The notes: a model not told the origin generated them from the sequence alone. A stretch of DNA of 64,000 bases from Octopus vulgaris (GCA_951406725.2 OX597830.1:42656001-42720000), one strand, 5' to 3'. Shown: positions 9,200-24,595, counted from the stretch's first letter. Made by a program: numbers and translations.

Positions 9200-12100
9200 T
9201 GTGTGTGTGTGTGTTCATATTGGTGTATGTAAATTATAGAACGTCTCACGAACTTAGTGATTCGACAAAGATCGAAAAAAACAAACTACTAGACAATGTT
9301 TAGTTCAATGTAATTGATTAAAACCATAAAAACACCTAAATATTGTTACAGTCCAATGATGAATTAGTAGCAGTAATAAAAATAAGTAATAGACGCAAAA
9401 GTGGCCGTGTGGTAAGTAGCTTGCTTCCCAACCACATGGTTCCGGTTCAGTCTCGCTACGTAGCACCTTGGGCAAGAGTCTTCTACTGGGCCGATCAAAG
9501 ACTTGTGAGTAGATTTGAAAAAAAGTTCGTTGTGTGTGTGTGTGTATGTATATATATATATATATATGAATGTATTTGTGTATCTGTGTTTGTCCCCCCA
9601 CCATCACTTGACAACCGATGTTGGTGTATTTACGTTCCCGTAACTTAGCGCTTCGGCAAAAGAGGCCGATAGAACAATAGAAATGGGCGGGCGTCGTAGG
9701 GTCCAGCTCCTTTTCTCTTCAAGGAGGTGGCTCAAAGTGTCAAGGCCTACTTTATCGATTTCAGCCTATCAATTTTCGAGTACCCTTAAGTTACCAATAC
9801 CCTACTTATTTCCATGATTGAGAGAAAGATTGGAAATTTGAAAATATAACACAGAAATATATCAATACATAATAAATAACAAATTGCTGAAATTTTTTCA
9901 ACGGAAAATTGTACTCACCTCCCACCAAAGTATTAGAAACATCATTTTAAATGTTTTCACTCAGTTGATTTAAAGTTGTTCGGCAATTTACAGGAAAAAA
10001 AAAATTATAATTTAATTCTTTTTCATGTGCTGGTGAAACCGACAGTGTCTTTTATCTGCTCGAGGCAGCCGAACAGCCAAAAACACATATGCATACATGG
10101 AGAATGCTTAGAAGATTACAGACAAAATCCATCAATGGAACTGTTAAAATTTGTAAAACTTTCCAAAAGTTCAGCATTTAAGTACACATGCGCATGTCTA
10201 GACATGTAACTATATGCAGGAAAATGCATCCATAAACCAAAACAAAAATCTGCACCTGCACTGAATCCAAATATGGCATGCATACAGACATGCACAAATT
10301 TTCTGTTGGTGTTGGAATTCATTGGATCTAAGTTAGAAACCGGCTCTTTATTGGCAAGAAATCTAGAAATGAAACTGAATAACAACACACATAGACATAC
10401 ATCCTGTTCTGCGCCGAACACCTCTCTATAAATCAGTTGGGTGAAAACATTTTAAATGATGTTCCTGATTCCAAAAACGAAATATTACCAAAAGAAAAAC
10501 ATTACCACTCACCACTGTTAAAAATTATAATGTTGAATGTATGTTAACAAAATGTCATTTATAACTTAACATCAGTTCCGGTGTAAAAACCGATAATATT
10601 CGCTGATGAAATTGAAAGGAGTGGTAACAAATAGAACACGACTCTAACGCTAAAATAGTATGATATAAAATCCCGATTTATAGAGAAAAATAGTAAGCAG
10701 AAAAAACATTAAAAGAAAAGTTGACGAATGTGTATTTTTCATACATTTATAAAAAGTGAATTACAGTTTCCATAGATCATCTCTCATGCAGTTTATTTTT
10801 ATAGATATTAGAAACTAAACATTAATTGGATTGTTTCACCGCTAAAAAAAAAACAACATAATAATCAACCACGTACTTGTTTTTCCTACTGTATTGCTAT
10901 ACCCACTTACTTACAAAGTACGTCATAATAACTCGACCTTCCCACAGATAAACACAATTAGAAATACTTAAGTTTCATTCATTATTTTACTATACTATAT
11001 GGTTGCAAATATCAAGTCTACGGAAATCAGGAATTCGGAACCTTCACCGCTAAAGCTTTGGATTAAAAACTTTTTTCTGTTTGAGATTTTTCAGTTTATT
11101 TATGCAAAATATCAAGGATCTTTTCTTTTTTTTTTTTTGTATTATCAACAGTCACAGAACATTGGAAAATTCTTATATTTTTGTGCTACTCCCTTTTTAT
11201 CCACTAACAATTAGAAAAAAAAATTAGAGCCAGTAAATAGGTAAGAGAAAAAAAACGGTTACCACTCGATTTCATGTTCCAGTTGAAAGCATAATTACTT
11301 TATATCGCTTTTATGCTGGAATTATTTTCTAAATTGCAACAGAATTTCGGGAGAGTACAAGTGATGTAAGAAGTCACTTTAAAGTAAGTATGAAATGGCT
11401 TTTAAAAAGTCTACGATATATCCAGTTTAATTTTTGTTTCGTTTTTTTTTTTTTATATTATTTTATTTTCTAATATCTTTGTTAAGGTACTTATTTATAT
11501 TTTAGATATAAAATAGGTATTTCTATAAAACAGAGTTGGGAATCACCTAGTGCGCCCCGAAACTATTTTCTTCGGATATGCGGGTTTTAAAATAACGTAG
11601 GTTACGAATCTAAAAAGATTTTCTCTTTTTGGGGACAGGGACTTTTCCGTGATTTTTCGGTTTTAACTTAGTTTTGAAAAAAATTTTTTTTCCAGATTTG
11701 ATTTCCAACTCTATTCTATAGGGATGTCAAGTAGCAAGGATGACAAGCCTTGTTGATGAGTATTAGGCAAAATCAAGGGTTCTCAACCATTTTATATCTG
11801 TGGGCCCCTTTGATTATTATTTTAGTCTGGTGCCCTCCACCCGGCTATTCAATGTTTAATAGACACTTCTTTCAAAATCTTCCCCCATGTGTAACATTAA
11901 AAACAAAAATTTTATCGGGATAAAAAAGGAAGTCTTTCCCCGTTGAGTACTGGAGTTGATATATTGACTATGCCTCTCCCCCAAATTTCAGGCATTATGC
12001 CTCTAGTAGGAAGGATTATTATTATTATGATACAATCCTAGGAAGACAGGCAGTCTATGGCCGTTACAGACCTTTCCACATTACTTAGGTTTTGTAGACA

Positions 12101-12349
12101 AAACGATGCTTGATAGGGATAACAAGAGTTTGAATTTAGTTCACACAAGAGGGTAGCGTTTTTGAGAAGTAAGGATTGGGCTAAGTATTTCTTGTGAAGT
12201 TTGTGTGGTGAAGCAATGTTACATACTATATCAACTCCACTATAAACAACATTGCTAAGTGGAAGGAGAGACAGATGCGTCAGATGAACTTAGATAGGGA
12301 TGGTACAAGTTGATGAGTTAATTAGACAATGACATTTTTGTAGATCAAA

Positions 12350-13040
12350 ATCAAATTCGATGACTGGCATCCGTACTAGTGGAGCGCTAAGAGTACCATA
12401 CGAGCGTGATCGTTGCTAGAGCAACAAGCTGGCCTCCATGCCGGTGGCACGTGAAAAAACATTCGAGCGAGGTCGTTGCCAGTGCCGCTGAACTGGCACG
12501 TAAAAGCACCTTCTACACTCTCGGAGTGGTTGGCGTTAGGAAGGGAATCCAGCTGTAGAAACTCTGCCAGATCAGATTGGAGTCTGGTGCAGCCATCTGG
12601 TTCGCCAGACCTCAGTCAGATCATCCAACCCGTGCTAGCATGGAAAATGGACGTTAAACAATGATGATGATGATGTAGAGGTTTGCTTAGAACGGCAGCA
12701 GTACTGTTGCACTACTCCAGACATGTGAACACTACTCCAATATAAGATTGTAAATAGGTTCTCTAGAAGGTCAGCAATTGATTTGAAATAGTGCATGTAA
12801 AAAGCACCATTTGAGTGTGGTCATTGGTCATTGCCAGTGTTGCATGACTGGCTCCTGTGCTTGTGGCACATAGAAAGCACCCACTACACTCTTGGAGTGG
12901 TTGTTGTTAGGAAGGGCATCCAGCTGTAGAAACTTTGCCAGATCAGATTGGAGCCTGGTGCAGCCTTCTGGCTTGCCAGCCCTCAGTTAAACTATCCAAC
13001 CCATGCCAGCATGGAAAGCAGATGTTAAACAATGATGATG
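12350..13040 (+). mobile_element. Two RTE-LINE 3' tail fragments
   Basis: GGAAGGG(C/A)ATCCAGCTGTAGAAACT...CAGATTGGAG...CAACCC(A/G)TGC-AGCATGGAAA...TTAAACAATGATGATG at 12350-12675 and 12790-13040. The same tail follows the RTE ORF remnant at 51252-52410. Confidence 0.85.
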
Positions 13041-13657
13041 AGAACTACTAATTAGCAATGAAGTGGGTGAGATAGGGGCGAGCATGAAGAGGGAGGTTTG
13101 TTTCTTGGGCTGCAGTTTTAGATATGTTGTACATATATGAGTCCCAAAATGCCATAAGATTCAAATAGTGACTAAAACAGGAGAAAAATGGTAGACTAAA
13201 TGCATTGCATGAGTTAGTTTTCTCAGTTGGAATAGATGTTTTAATATGCCTTAGTATCTTGAGTTCAAAACATGTTACCATTCATCTCTCAGGGATTAAT
13301 GACATATGTAACAATTATAGGATTCAGCAAGCCTAATACAAACTGACCTGGTGAGCCAGTCATTGAAACTAGTAGGATTGTTTAAAGGGATAATACAAAT
13401 AGTGTGTAAACCAGGTGGGAAAATTTTTATCAAAACTGATTCACAGAAAACTGAGAAATCCTAAATTTCACTCCTAAGCTATTAGAGTGTGTGTAGAAAA
13501 ATGCCTTTGTTCCTATTTTAAAATCTTCAACCAGATAGCAGTCTCCAGTTTTCCTTTGAGACCTACTCTAGGTATCACTTAACACTGACATTTCTGATAG
13601 CAATGCCAAATTATATAGCATATATATATATATACATGTGTATGTGTGAATATATAT

Positions 13658-13954
13658 ACAATGTCAATGGTGGTTCCAGAAATTCCAAGCCGGAAACTAC
13701 ACCCAAGAAGATGATTACCATCCTCATCCATTGTAACAATTGAGGAACTAGCAGAGAAGCTTAGATTTGGTTATTCAAGTCACCACACTAGAAGAATAAC
13801 CAAAGATGGTTATTTTTCTTCTAGTGTGGTGACTTGAATAACCAAATCTAAGCTTCTCTGTTAGTTCCTCCATTGTTACAATGGATGAGGATGGTAATCA
13901 TCTTCTTGGGTGTAATTTCCGGCTTGGAATTTCTGGAACCACCATTGGCATTGT
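13658..13954. repeat. Near-perfect hairpin, ~145-bp arms with a 4-nt loop
   Basis: Arms 13658-13802 and 13807-13954 around loop AAGA, with about 4 mismatches and one 3-nt bulge. Confidence 0.95.
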
Positions 13955-14515
13955 CTTACACTTATTGACAAATCCCTATTTACTGCATCAATATTCCTTG
14001 CACTTTCCATTGCGTTGTTGCCTTTATTGAACTCAAGTCAAAATATGTTGAATATGCTCCTTTGTCACTTCCAATATAGCTTTGAAAAAATAACTGTTAA
14101 AACTGCACTCTTCAAAACTTTTACTTAGACCAAATCAAGGTAAAATTACTATCTGCTTTAACAGCAAATTGATGCAGGTAATTCATTCTATCCCCCTCCA
14201 ACTTTTCATGCACTTGAAAATACTGCATTATTTATGGGAGGGAGGGAGGGATATTTATTATGTGACAATAAGGCTTCAACAAGTAGAAAAGCACTCCAGC
14301 AGCTAAGAGAGTAAAGATAATTTTAAATTAAAAAACCACGAGTCTTGCAATTACAGCTCCCCAAGGTTTCCTGGCTTAAATAATTTATTCTGCCAGTTAT
14401 CTAACTGACAAGCAGCCTTGTTTTCAGCTTGAAAAATGGTAGAATAAATTATTTCAACCAGGAAACAAAACCTGGGTAGTTGTAATTTCAAGATTTGTGT
14501 GGTTTTTAATTTAAG

Positions 14516-14551
<36 letters not shown>

Positions 14552-14602
14552 GTTGTTGTATCTGGGAATGGTCATGTTGTCAGTTTAGCCCAAAAAAAAA
14601 TG

Positions 14603-14638
<36 letters not shown>

Positions 14639-15759
14639 TGTGTGTGTCTGTGTGTATATTTGGCATCAGTGATGAGGTCAGTGGTCATTCTGCAGGCCAA
14701 AATCCTCAGAGAATTGCTAAGTGGAGAAACAATCTGGTAAGACCATAAATACATAGACGTTTGTGTACATGTGATACAAACCAACATACATGTATAAATA
14801 CATGGGGAGAGAGAAATTGATTACTATACAAATTTTTTTTTAACTACAATTTTGACTTCAATGTATTTGGCACAGTTATTATCTTGAGTTTAGCCCTAAA
14901 AGTTTGGGTAAAGGTAAGAAATTCTTTGTATCTTCCATAAGTTGATACTTTGACAAAATTAAGAACAATTATTTTAACACATTTTAGGAATGTAGTATTA
15001 GTCAATTTGTCACTGTACATTTGAAAAAAAAAGCCTAACTCAACAGATTCATACATTGATCAAAATAAATAACAGCTATTTTAAATATAAATTACTATAG
15101 TTTTTTTTTTTTTAGAATTAGTGGAGTACATGTAAAGTTTGAAATGGGACTCACCAGTTGTTATTTTTTTCCCACAATTTTTTCAAATTATTTTTTTAGA
15201 AACTTTATCATTATGAATTAAAAAAAAAAAGATATTCAATTTAAATCTGTAGGACTTTCAGTATAGCTGTCTTACATAAATTGGAATTTCTCTTTTCTTT
15301 TATGTGATTTTTCTACTTTTACTAGTTGTGTTTCAAAATACTCAGTGGTGGACTATTTTCTAACTCATGCTTTTTTTAAATGTCTACCCATTCCCTCATC
15401 ATACCTTCAGAACACAAGCCACCACCTTTTTTTTTTAAATTACTTTTCGTACTTTCTTCTAACTACTTTTTTGTCTTGTAGCAATCCATATTTTGAAATA
15501 GCTATAATCTGCATTATTACAGAAAAAAATTTTGAAAAGCCATCATGCATAAGTCAGAATTCCTCATTGTTTTTTCAGGATTTTGTGAAAAAATGTGGAA
15601 TGCTATAACACTGAAGATACATTTTGCAACATACTAGAACAACCATACTTAGCTTACAGTTAAAGCAGTCCCCTTTGTCAAGAAAAGAAAGTAAGATTTC
15701 TTGCTTATGTTAGCTTCGTCAAAGATTAATATTTGACACAAGAGCTATTAATTGTAAGA

Positions 15760-16787
15760 CTACTAGAAGCAGATACAAAAGAGGAGTCAGTATTTTGCAT
15801 TTGAGCAATATATGGGACACCATCAATGAAAGATTATAATCGCAGCTTCGACAGTTTATTGAAAAATTTATACCCTACATATTTAGAGTGTACTCTATAA
15901 TCCACAGGCAACATCTGATTGCAAATAACCTAAGAGGTAGACTTAACAGATCAATGAGCACCGTTATCATAGCAGTAAATAAAATCAACCCACATGCTCA
16001 CAATTCCTCACTGTTCTTACAACTCTGTACTGGGAATGATGATGATTATGTGCGTTTGTTGTCGCACACAGAAGTTTCATGGCTGTCAAAGGGAAACTAC
16101 TTGAAAGTGTCTATTCCATTTACAGGAAAAAAAAATTGTTGAATTCTTGCAAGACTCTTATCCTGTTCTTTGAGATGAGTCATGAAACATTAATTATATA
16201 GCAGATATATTCACAAAGTTCACTGCAGTTAATTTGCAACTGCAATGAAATGAAGTTAAACCTTATTGAAGTAAAACTAGCCTTCTACGTGTTTCTGTCC
16301 AAATTACAGCTTTTTGAATTTAACAGAAGCGATCGTTAGTTCTTCCAGTTTCTGAGCTTCTCTGAATTAGAGGAGTAAGAGCACATACCAGAAGATGACA
16401 TTCAAATGTATTGTTCACACCTGGATGAGTTGTACAGACATGTCTAATAAATTTCAGGATATTTTTGATAAAATACCAGTGTGGGTGATTCCCAGATATC
16501 AGTAGTAAGGAACTAAGAATAGTGGGGGAACAACTTTAAAATGACATTGAGCTGAGATCAAAGTTTTAAAAAAATCATGTCAGGTGGGATGTAAATTTAG
16601 TCTTTTATATTGCAAAAATAATAAAATAATGGTTTGATTAGGTTAAGTTTTAATTGTGAAGTTCAGTTGTTTTGAATTTTCAGTAGAAAGGTCTTTGTTT
16701 GTGGTGTAGAGTGCAGTGAGGTGGGGGACACTGGGAGCATGACATGGGTGCCAAGGGAACAGCAGTTCAAAAAAGTCTGGGAATCAT
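15760..16787 (+). mobile_element. hAT (Buster/Charlie-type) transposase remnant
   Basis: Degenerate translation VYSIIHRQHLIANNL...AVNKI...NSSLFLQLC...DYVRLLSHTEVSWLSKG matches the CxxHR and HTEVRWLS motifs. TIR-like end AAAAAGTCTGGGAATCA. Confidence 0.85.
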
Positions 16788-17100
16788 CATCATCATCATC
16801 ATTGTCGTTTAACATCCGCTTTCCATGCTGGCATGGGTTGGATGGTTTGACTGAGGACTAGCAAGCCAGAAGGCTGCACCAGGCTCCAATCTGATCTGGC
16901 AAAGTTTCTATAGCTTGATGCCCTTTCGTGGCACGAGGGCCAGTCAGGCGGTACTGGCATTGACCACACTGAAACGGTACTTTCTACATGCCACCAGCAC
17001 AGGAACCAGTCAGTGGCCCTGGCAACGATTACGCTCAAATAGTGCTTTTAACGTTCCACTGGCATGGGTGCCAATCAGACTGCACTGTCGTCAGCCATGA
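16785..17100 (-). mobile_element. RTE-LINE 3' tail fragment
   Basis: (CAT)n-GTCGTTTAACATCCGCTTTCCATGCTGGCATGGGTTGGATGG..., the reverse complement of the tail at 12350. Confidence 0.85.
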
Positions 17101-20100
17101 CAAATATCTTGCAGATAGAGCAACAATGTAAGACAGGAGTGTAGTGTGACTTGCCATTGGAATAAGCAAAGCAGAAACACAAAGCACATAAAAATAGCTA
17201 TATACAAAAATAGAAAGATATTAGTCATAGCCATTTAAAAAAATTCTAAAATCCAACAATACTTATAGAATGTTGTAGCAATTGTTGTTTGTTAGCTGTG
17301 AAAAAGTTGTAAATAGTTCCATATTGTATATTATTCAATGCGTTATTTTATGTTGGTATAAATAGTAGTTAAACTTCTTTCTATTCACAGCCAAGTCATA
17401 GAAAGAAAACAGTAATGTATTCTTGCTTACACTGCATTTGAATAAAAAATGGGATGGTCACAGTTGGAATGTCTTTGATAGTGAGAAAACTCTCATGAAT
17501 GTTAACCTGAGGATAAACATCAAATCTATAAATACTGCATCAGAATTTTTCGTTTTTCCAATCCTGATCATCTCAAGTGTGGTCCCTCAGTTACATGGTG
17601 TCCCCCAACCCCCAATCAGTTGGAAGGCATGGAAGTCTGCGTGATGCTAGAATAGAGCACTTTGAAAGCAAACACCAAAGGCTGCATAAAGAGAGGAGGA
17701 GACACCATCAACCCACAGCAACTTGAAATATTCAATACAGTAAGTATATGAATATACAAAAGTCACAAAAACATTTCATCAGATAAAGGTGTGTTGCTCA
17801 TGAGATCACTGTTCTTTTAATGTTACAAAAATTGAGTTGAAAAAATATCAACCCAGCTATTGGAGTTACTGTGCCATATTATATCCAATGAATCATATTT
17901 TCTAGCTGGTAGAATCATTAGAATCTTTTCTACTCAAGGCTCCAAATTTTTTGGGGGGGGAGGGGGGCAATTAGATCGACCCCAGTATGCAACTGGTACT
18001 TAATTTATCAACCCCGAGAGGATGAAAGGCAAAGTCAACCTTGGTGGGATTTGAACTCTGAATGTAAAGAAAGATGAAATACCGCAAAGCATTTCACCTG
18101 TTGTGCTAACATTTCTGCCAGAATCATTAGAATGTCAGACTAAGTGCTTTGTGGTATTTCTTTCAGCTCTTTATATTCTGAGTTCAGATGCTACCAAGAT
18201 CAACTGTCTTTCAGCTTTACGGTGTTCACAAAATAAAGTACTAATTAAGTTCTCAATTAAATTCGCTAACCCCTTCACTCAAAAGTTACGTGAACTCTCA
18301 GAGACAGTATTTAGTTTGCCCTTGTAGTGAATCAAAAGCTCATAGCTTTGGTAGCTAAGCCCAGTCTATACCTGAGTCAAAAGACATGCCCTGATTACCA
18401 GCCATTTAGCTTGTTAAATTATCACCCCATATCATTAGAATATTCAATGAAGTTCCTGTGCTTTTGTAGTTATATATAAGTACAGCACATTTAAACAGAT
18501 CAAAGAGCTGCACTTTGAAATCAACAAGATCTTACTTCGACAAGTTTCCCTTGGCTGAAGTTCAGCCTCGTATTAAAAGGAATTCTTCAACCAGGATGGA
18601 CAAACATTCCCACCTCTTACATGATGCTCTTTTGTAGGTAATGTAATTCTAACTATGTTTGGTTCTAGCACACTACATTATACTACTGGCAACAAAATTG
18701 CTAGTATTTGGTTTATTATGAGGCAACGTGCAGCTTAACTGATTACCAACAAACAAATACCCATGCAGCCAACATGTCACCACTTTACAAACTGAGTTCA
18801 AATCCTACTAGGATTTGATTTTGGCAATATGAGAACTCATTTATACTTAAAGCCTTGACCATAACCATAATCAGTCTCTAACAATGATGGGCCATGTATT
18901 TGTTTCAGACAGACTACAACCCCCTACAGCCCTCTCCAATGGGCTTTAGCTAATCATATCAATCCCACTATGTTTTTCAATGGGCTACTTGCATTTTATA
19001 GAATTGTAAAGAGACTCAACATAACATACCAGTTTGCACAGGTAAACATAAACACACACACACATGCACTCACAATGGGTTTTTGCACAGTTTCTGCCAA
19101 GCAAATTCCACTCTCTAAACACTGGTCAATCTGAGCTTCGAATAGAAGGTGCCACACTATGTAATCAAAGTCAAACCATATGATTACAATGCAGATTTCT
19201 TAACCATACAGCTATGCTCATTACAATTAGAACTAAGTGTTGTTCTACAATGTTTTGAGTTCAAATCCATACTTCAACTGTAGATAGATTTGTGTGAAAT
19301 ATCTAATACAACGAACATTAAAAAGTTGAAGTACAATAAACAATATTCATTTGTTTTACTTTATTTTACATTCCACAATGCACCACAGTCAAAATTTCTT
19401 GGGGGGAAAAAATTAAGCATAACTGATGGAATCTGAAAAAAAATTGAGAGTTATGTCTTGTGTTTGCTACAAAGTTATCATCATTCATCATTTTTATGCC
19501 TGCATGGGTTGCATTGGTTCTTCTCATGATACTTTTCTATGGCCCAAAACTCTTCGTGATGCTGAGTCTTACTTAGCCACCACTATCAAAGAACAATATC
19601 AAAATAAAGACAAGGAAATAAACACCTAAACACACACATCATCATTTGATGTCCTCCTTCCATGGTGGCATGGGTAGGACAGTTTGACAGGAATTAGCCA
19701 GGCAGGAGCCTGTGCCATGCTTCTGTGTTTTTTGGCATGGCTTTTACAGCTGGATGTCCTTCCTAACACCAACCACTCCGTAGAGTGGTCTAAGTACTTT
19801 TTATGTGGTCCTCACACAGGCAAGGCCAGTTTTTACAGCTGGATGCCCTTCCAAGAGCCAACCACTTTACAGTATGTGCTGAGTGCTTTTTAAATGGCAC
19901 CTGTACTAGCAGGGTCACCAAGTGACTTTGCAAAACAAGGAATCTTTGAGAGGGGAGGGGTGTTGTGTCAGATGATGAAAACACACAACAAGCTTCCATG
20001 CAATTTCTATCTACTAAATTACACTTGCAAGGTATTGATCAACCCAAGGCTGTTAGAAGACACATCCTTCAAGAGATTGAACCCAAAACTATGCAGTTAT

Positions 20101-23100
20101 AAAAGCAAACTTCTTAACCACACATCTATGAAACAATTTTAGTTGCTATCAATTTCTTTTTCTTTGCTCATTTATTTTTCCCTCTGCTTTGGCTTTTTAA
20201 TGCTTCATGTATTAAGTACATTGATATTCTCTGCTCATTGTTCAAATGGCCTCTCAGAATTCTTTAATTTCTAAATAAATCTCTCTAAATTTCATTTTAT
20301 GACCTCTGGCAATCTTGGGAATCTGACATCAGTTCAATTCTCCACTTTGCAATAACCAAGGTCCGTGTGAGCCTCTGTATGGTTAACTGACTTACTAAAA
20401 GCAGCAGCAGCTAAATCTCCATCAAATCATACTGCCTTAGCATTTAAATCAGCCATATATTGTTTTATGTCCAAACTAGCCAGACCTGGCCTCTCATACT
20501 TATCCGGCAATGTCATTCTAAAAACATACAATTACATCATTGAAATATTGAAGCTACATGATTAATTCAAAACAATGTGAATATATAAGTATTACATTTG
20601 ACAGAGTAATCCGAATGCTAATAGGTTAAATAATGAAAGTAATATTGGATAATGTTTTCTCATATATATAAAAAGATGAGATCCTTCCAGCTGAAATTTC
20701 TCTGATCATAGGCTCTGTTTGATCAGTAATGACCTAGGGTGAAGCAATAGCATCTACGTCCATACATTCACAACAATCTTCTACTTCACCATTCCGCTTC
20801 TTATATCTGTAATTCTGGGTACCAAACTGACTTGCCAATGATAAACTATATATTATCCCTTTTGATGTCAACCCGTCTGAGACTGGTTCTATGATACAAA
20901 CTTACTCTTTTAAAATGTTCCATCAAAATTTCAATTTATGTTCCAAACACAATCCTAATAACAACAAAGTTATTTTACTTATTCGTTATTTTCAAAATTA
21001 TTCGAAATAAATGTAATCTATTTCAATAAAAATATGGTAACAACAGGGTTTAAATATAAACTTTTCAAACTTGTTCAAGAACCACGACAAAGAAAGAATT
21101 ATATAAATGCAAATTCTATTAGTAGGAATGGAATGGACAGCAAAACCATTTCATTAATATTGGGGAAAGGCTAATATTTGCCAATTTGAGAAGCATTGCA
21201 TTTACATGCATTCAATTATTTATTTGTAATCCTGAAAGCAGAGAACACAAAATTTACTCTCATTGTAAATTACAAGGCAGCAATGTGACAGAATATGGTG
21301 GGCAAAATGCTTAGCAGCATTTCATCCGTCTTTACATTCTCTGTTCAAATTCCATCAAGCTTTCATTCTTTTTTCCTTTCAGGGTTGATAAAATAAGAAC
21401 CAGTCAGATACCAGTGGGGTTGATGTAACTGACCACCCCCTCCCCCAAAATTCCAGGCTTTGTGCCTATAGTAGAAAGGTTTATTATCAATATTATTATT
21501 ACGTCAACAAATATTGTCATTGGAGGTTTGTTATTTTGCGTCGGAATATAAAGAAGAAAAAAAGAAAAAAACTAATAATTGACATGATAGTAAAAAATTA
21601 GTTGTCCTAAATACTATTGAAAAATATTTTCACGTGACAGTCGAAAAGAAAGACGCATATTGTAAATGAATTCATGTTTAGATTTACTCATCATTTGTTT
21701 ACACTGCTCTTTTGTTGTGAAACAGAAGACAGTGGGATTAGCAGAATCATTTGAGCAGTGGAAAAATTGCAGGGATAACAACAACAAATTTAGATTAAGC
21801 ATTTTACTATTTTACAAACAATCACTAAGGTTCTCTTCTCTTTTAATATATTTTATGATAAGTATGCAATGTAACTGCTGTTGAGGATTAACCAGGGTTA
21901 ATTCCTACTAAGTTTCCTGTCAAAGTATGCCCATAGCACGAATGCAGGCAATTGAACACAAAAGAACAATCAACAAATCCAGTAAATTCTAGATAGATAG
22001 GTATTGCCTCATATATGAGTTTTACTTCAGTTTCAGTGAGTGATCATCATTCTAACCATAGAGACATAGGCTTTACTGTAGGTGGTATATTATCTCAAGC
22101 TATTATTTATAAACTTGGTAGCAATCTTATTGTAAGAGATTTAGCTCAAGACTTGTTGAGCACACATGAAACTTCCTCAATGACAAATTACAAAGCTATT
22201 TGTTCCACTTGATGGACACATTATGCAGTTAGTATATTATTATTTGCCATTCCCCCAATGCAACATATTTCTAAACAGATTGTGAGAGCCCAAAACTATT
22301 AACTCACACTTCTAAATTTGTCAATACTCTTTTATTAAGATAACAGTGTGCAACAACTTAGCTCAGATTAAATACAAAAAACTCTTCTTGGCATGGGATA
22401 TTGTCAGAACATATCAACTCTATTATTTTAATTTTAATAATAATAATATTATTGCAAAGAAGCACATCCATGAATTGGTAAAATCAGTAAAGCATCGATC
22501 AGAATACCTCCTAGCTGTTAATGACATCATTTCTAAGGTTCTGTGTTCAAATCCTGCCAAGGTCAACTTAACTTTACAACCTTCAAAGAATCAAAAATAA
22601 ACAGCAGTAAAGTACCAAAGTCCATGTAAATGACTGCATCCCATTTCTCCAATTTTGTGGTTTCATGTGCCTTACAAAAAAATAAATCTGGAACTGGTGG
22701 CTCAACTACCTGACCATTTATTTGTATAACACAAACTAAATATATTCTGAACACAGTAATGGTTTGACACACAATCTAACCTAGTTTTATTGCTTTGTTT
22801 TGTTTTTAATTGGTGTACAGCTGACGTTTTCAGTTGTACACAGTTTACAAAAATTTAGAATACAGATAACATAAACTGAACGTTTATCAAATCAAAATTT
22901 CCTGTGTAACAGTAGTGTGTGTTGTTAACCTCAGATCAATCCTGGTTGATAAAACCTAGAACTGAAGGCATTCCAGCCATGACCAACTAGTACTTTTAAA
23001 GAATATATAGAATTACATTACCCAATGAGTCCTGTTCTTGTATAAGACATTAAGGTGTGACTGCTACTTTTAGCAGGCTGAATAAGATGTAAAGACCCCT

Positions 23101-23951
23101 TTGTTACTAGCTAGTCTGGATTTAACTTTGGAGGGGAGGGGTAATTGCAAATAGTTGAGAAACATTGGCTCTGCAAACATTTTGTTTTTGATTTGGTTTT
23201 ATTCTTTGTACAATGAAACAGGTAATTAGAACTAGCAGTGGCACTAAGATCTTATTACATCAATTATATTGTTAGAAACCTATTTAAATAAAATACAAGG
23301 TTAATTAATAGTTCTGGTTGTTGCTTAGCTCCAGGCCACCCACTTAAACAAAATTATAAAAGGTGTTCTAGCTATGAATATGCCTTTTAAAGATATTTAA
23401 TCCTTCAACATTTCTAAGGAAGGGTGCGCTCAGAGATATTTGGTTGCTAGTTTTTAGCAGATCAAACGACTGCATAGAACCTGCAAGTCTAATCTAGTTT
23501 GACTTTCATTATCAAATTCCCGTTCTTTTAATACTGTAACAGGAAGACTTCCTCGTTTTGAATGTACATACCTTTTGATAAAAGATCGTGTTCATTGTGT
23601 GTCTTTTGTTAAAAACGATTTTACTTTTGGTCAAACACTCTAGGCTAAATCTGGCAAAATCCAACACTTGTCAATAAGAGAATCTTTATGTGGTTGATCG
23701 ATCAACAAGAAATAGCAACCAAATCTGATTCGGGCCGCACCTTACAGTCTTTTTACATGACTAAATATTTCGATTGCACAACTATTTGACATTAATCAGG
23801 GCGATAATAACATAGAGGTTTCCTAGAAATACTTGACTTTAAATGTTTTTCTATCGGTTTTATCAGATACATATTTCACTTAACGAGCAAACTGAAAGTG
23901 GTGCAACGTACAACAAAAAGCGAAAATTGCCAGGCTTTTTGACCTACTAAG

Positions 23952-23982
<31 letters not shown>

Positions 23983-24595
23983 TTCCATTAGTAACGAAAA
24001 AAATCTACATACTAGATTAACCTTAACCAGGACGATATCACTCGTTGAAACTGGTTTCGTAGTTATTATTTTTTTTTTCTATTTACATTTTGCTTATTCA
24101 GTCACGCTTTCCATGATACAAGGGCGTATTCAACAATTTGATACAAGTAGTGATTAATGAAAAAGTTGTATAGACAGGAGAGGCCATAAAACTAATTCAA
24201 AATACAAATGGAAGAATAAAACTAAACAAAAGTGATATATGTTCTAAAATGTAGGCCATAGCTTTGCACATATGTATTTATTAAAATGTAAACAAAATTA
24301 TGCCGGGCACAATTCAGGTTTGTGGCTTAATAAATAATTCCTAGAGTATCAATGCAGCGTGGATTACGAATAAATTATATAGTCTTATATGGATACGATT
24401 CTAAATTTAACACTCCTGGAAGATAGGTAGTCTATGCAATCATTTTGAAGGAAAAAATAATGAAATAAATGAGACCTCGCCATGAGGAACATTCAGGAAA
24501 CACTAAGATTGTCCGGGGATGACGAGGAGAGACCCAATGGGCTTTACCTTTTGTCCTTGTGTTAAAGGTAGATGTCTAATTATGATACGTCATTA

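Noticed and set aside
21614-21884. Overlapping short ORFs as possible exons
   Set aside because: No convincing splice signals or recognisable motif.
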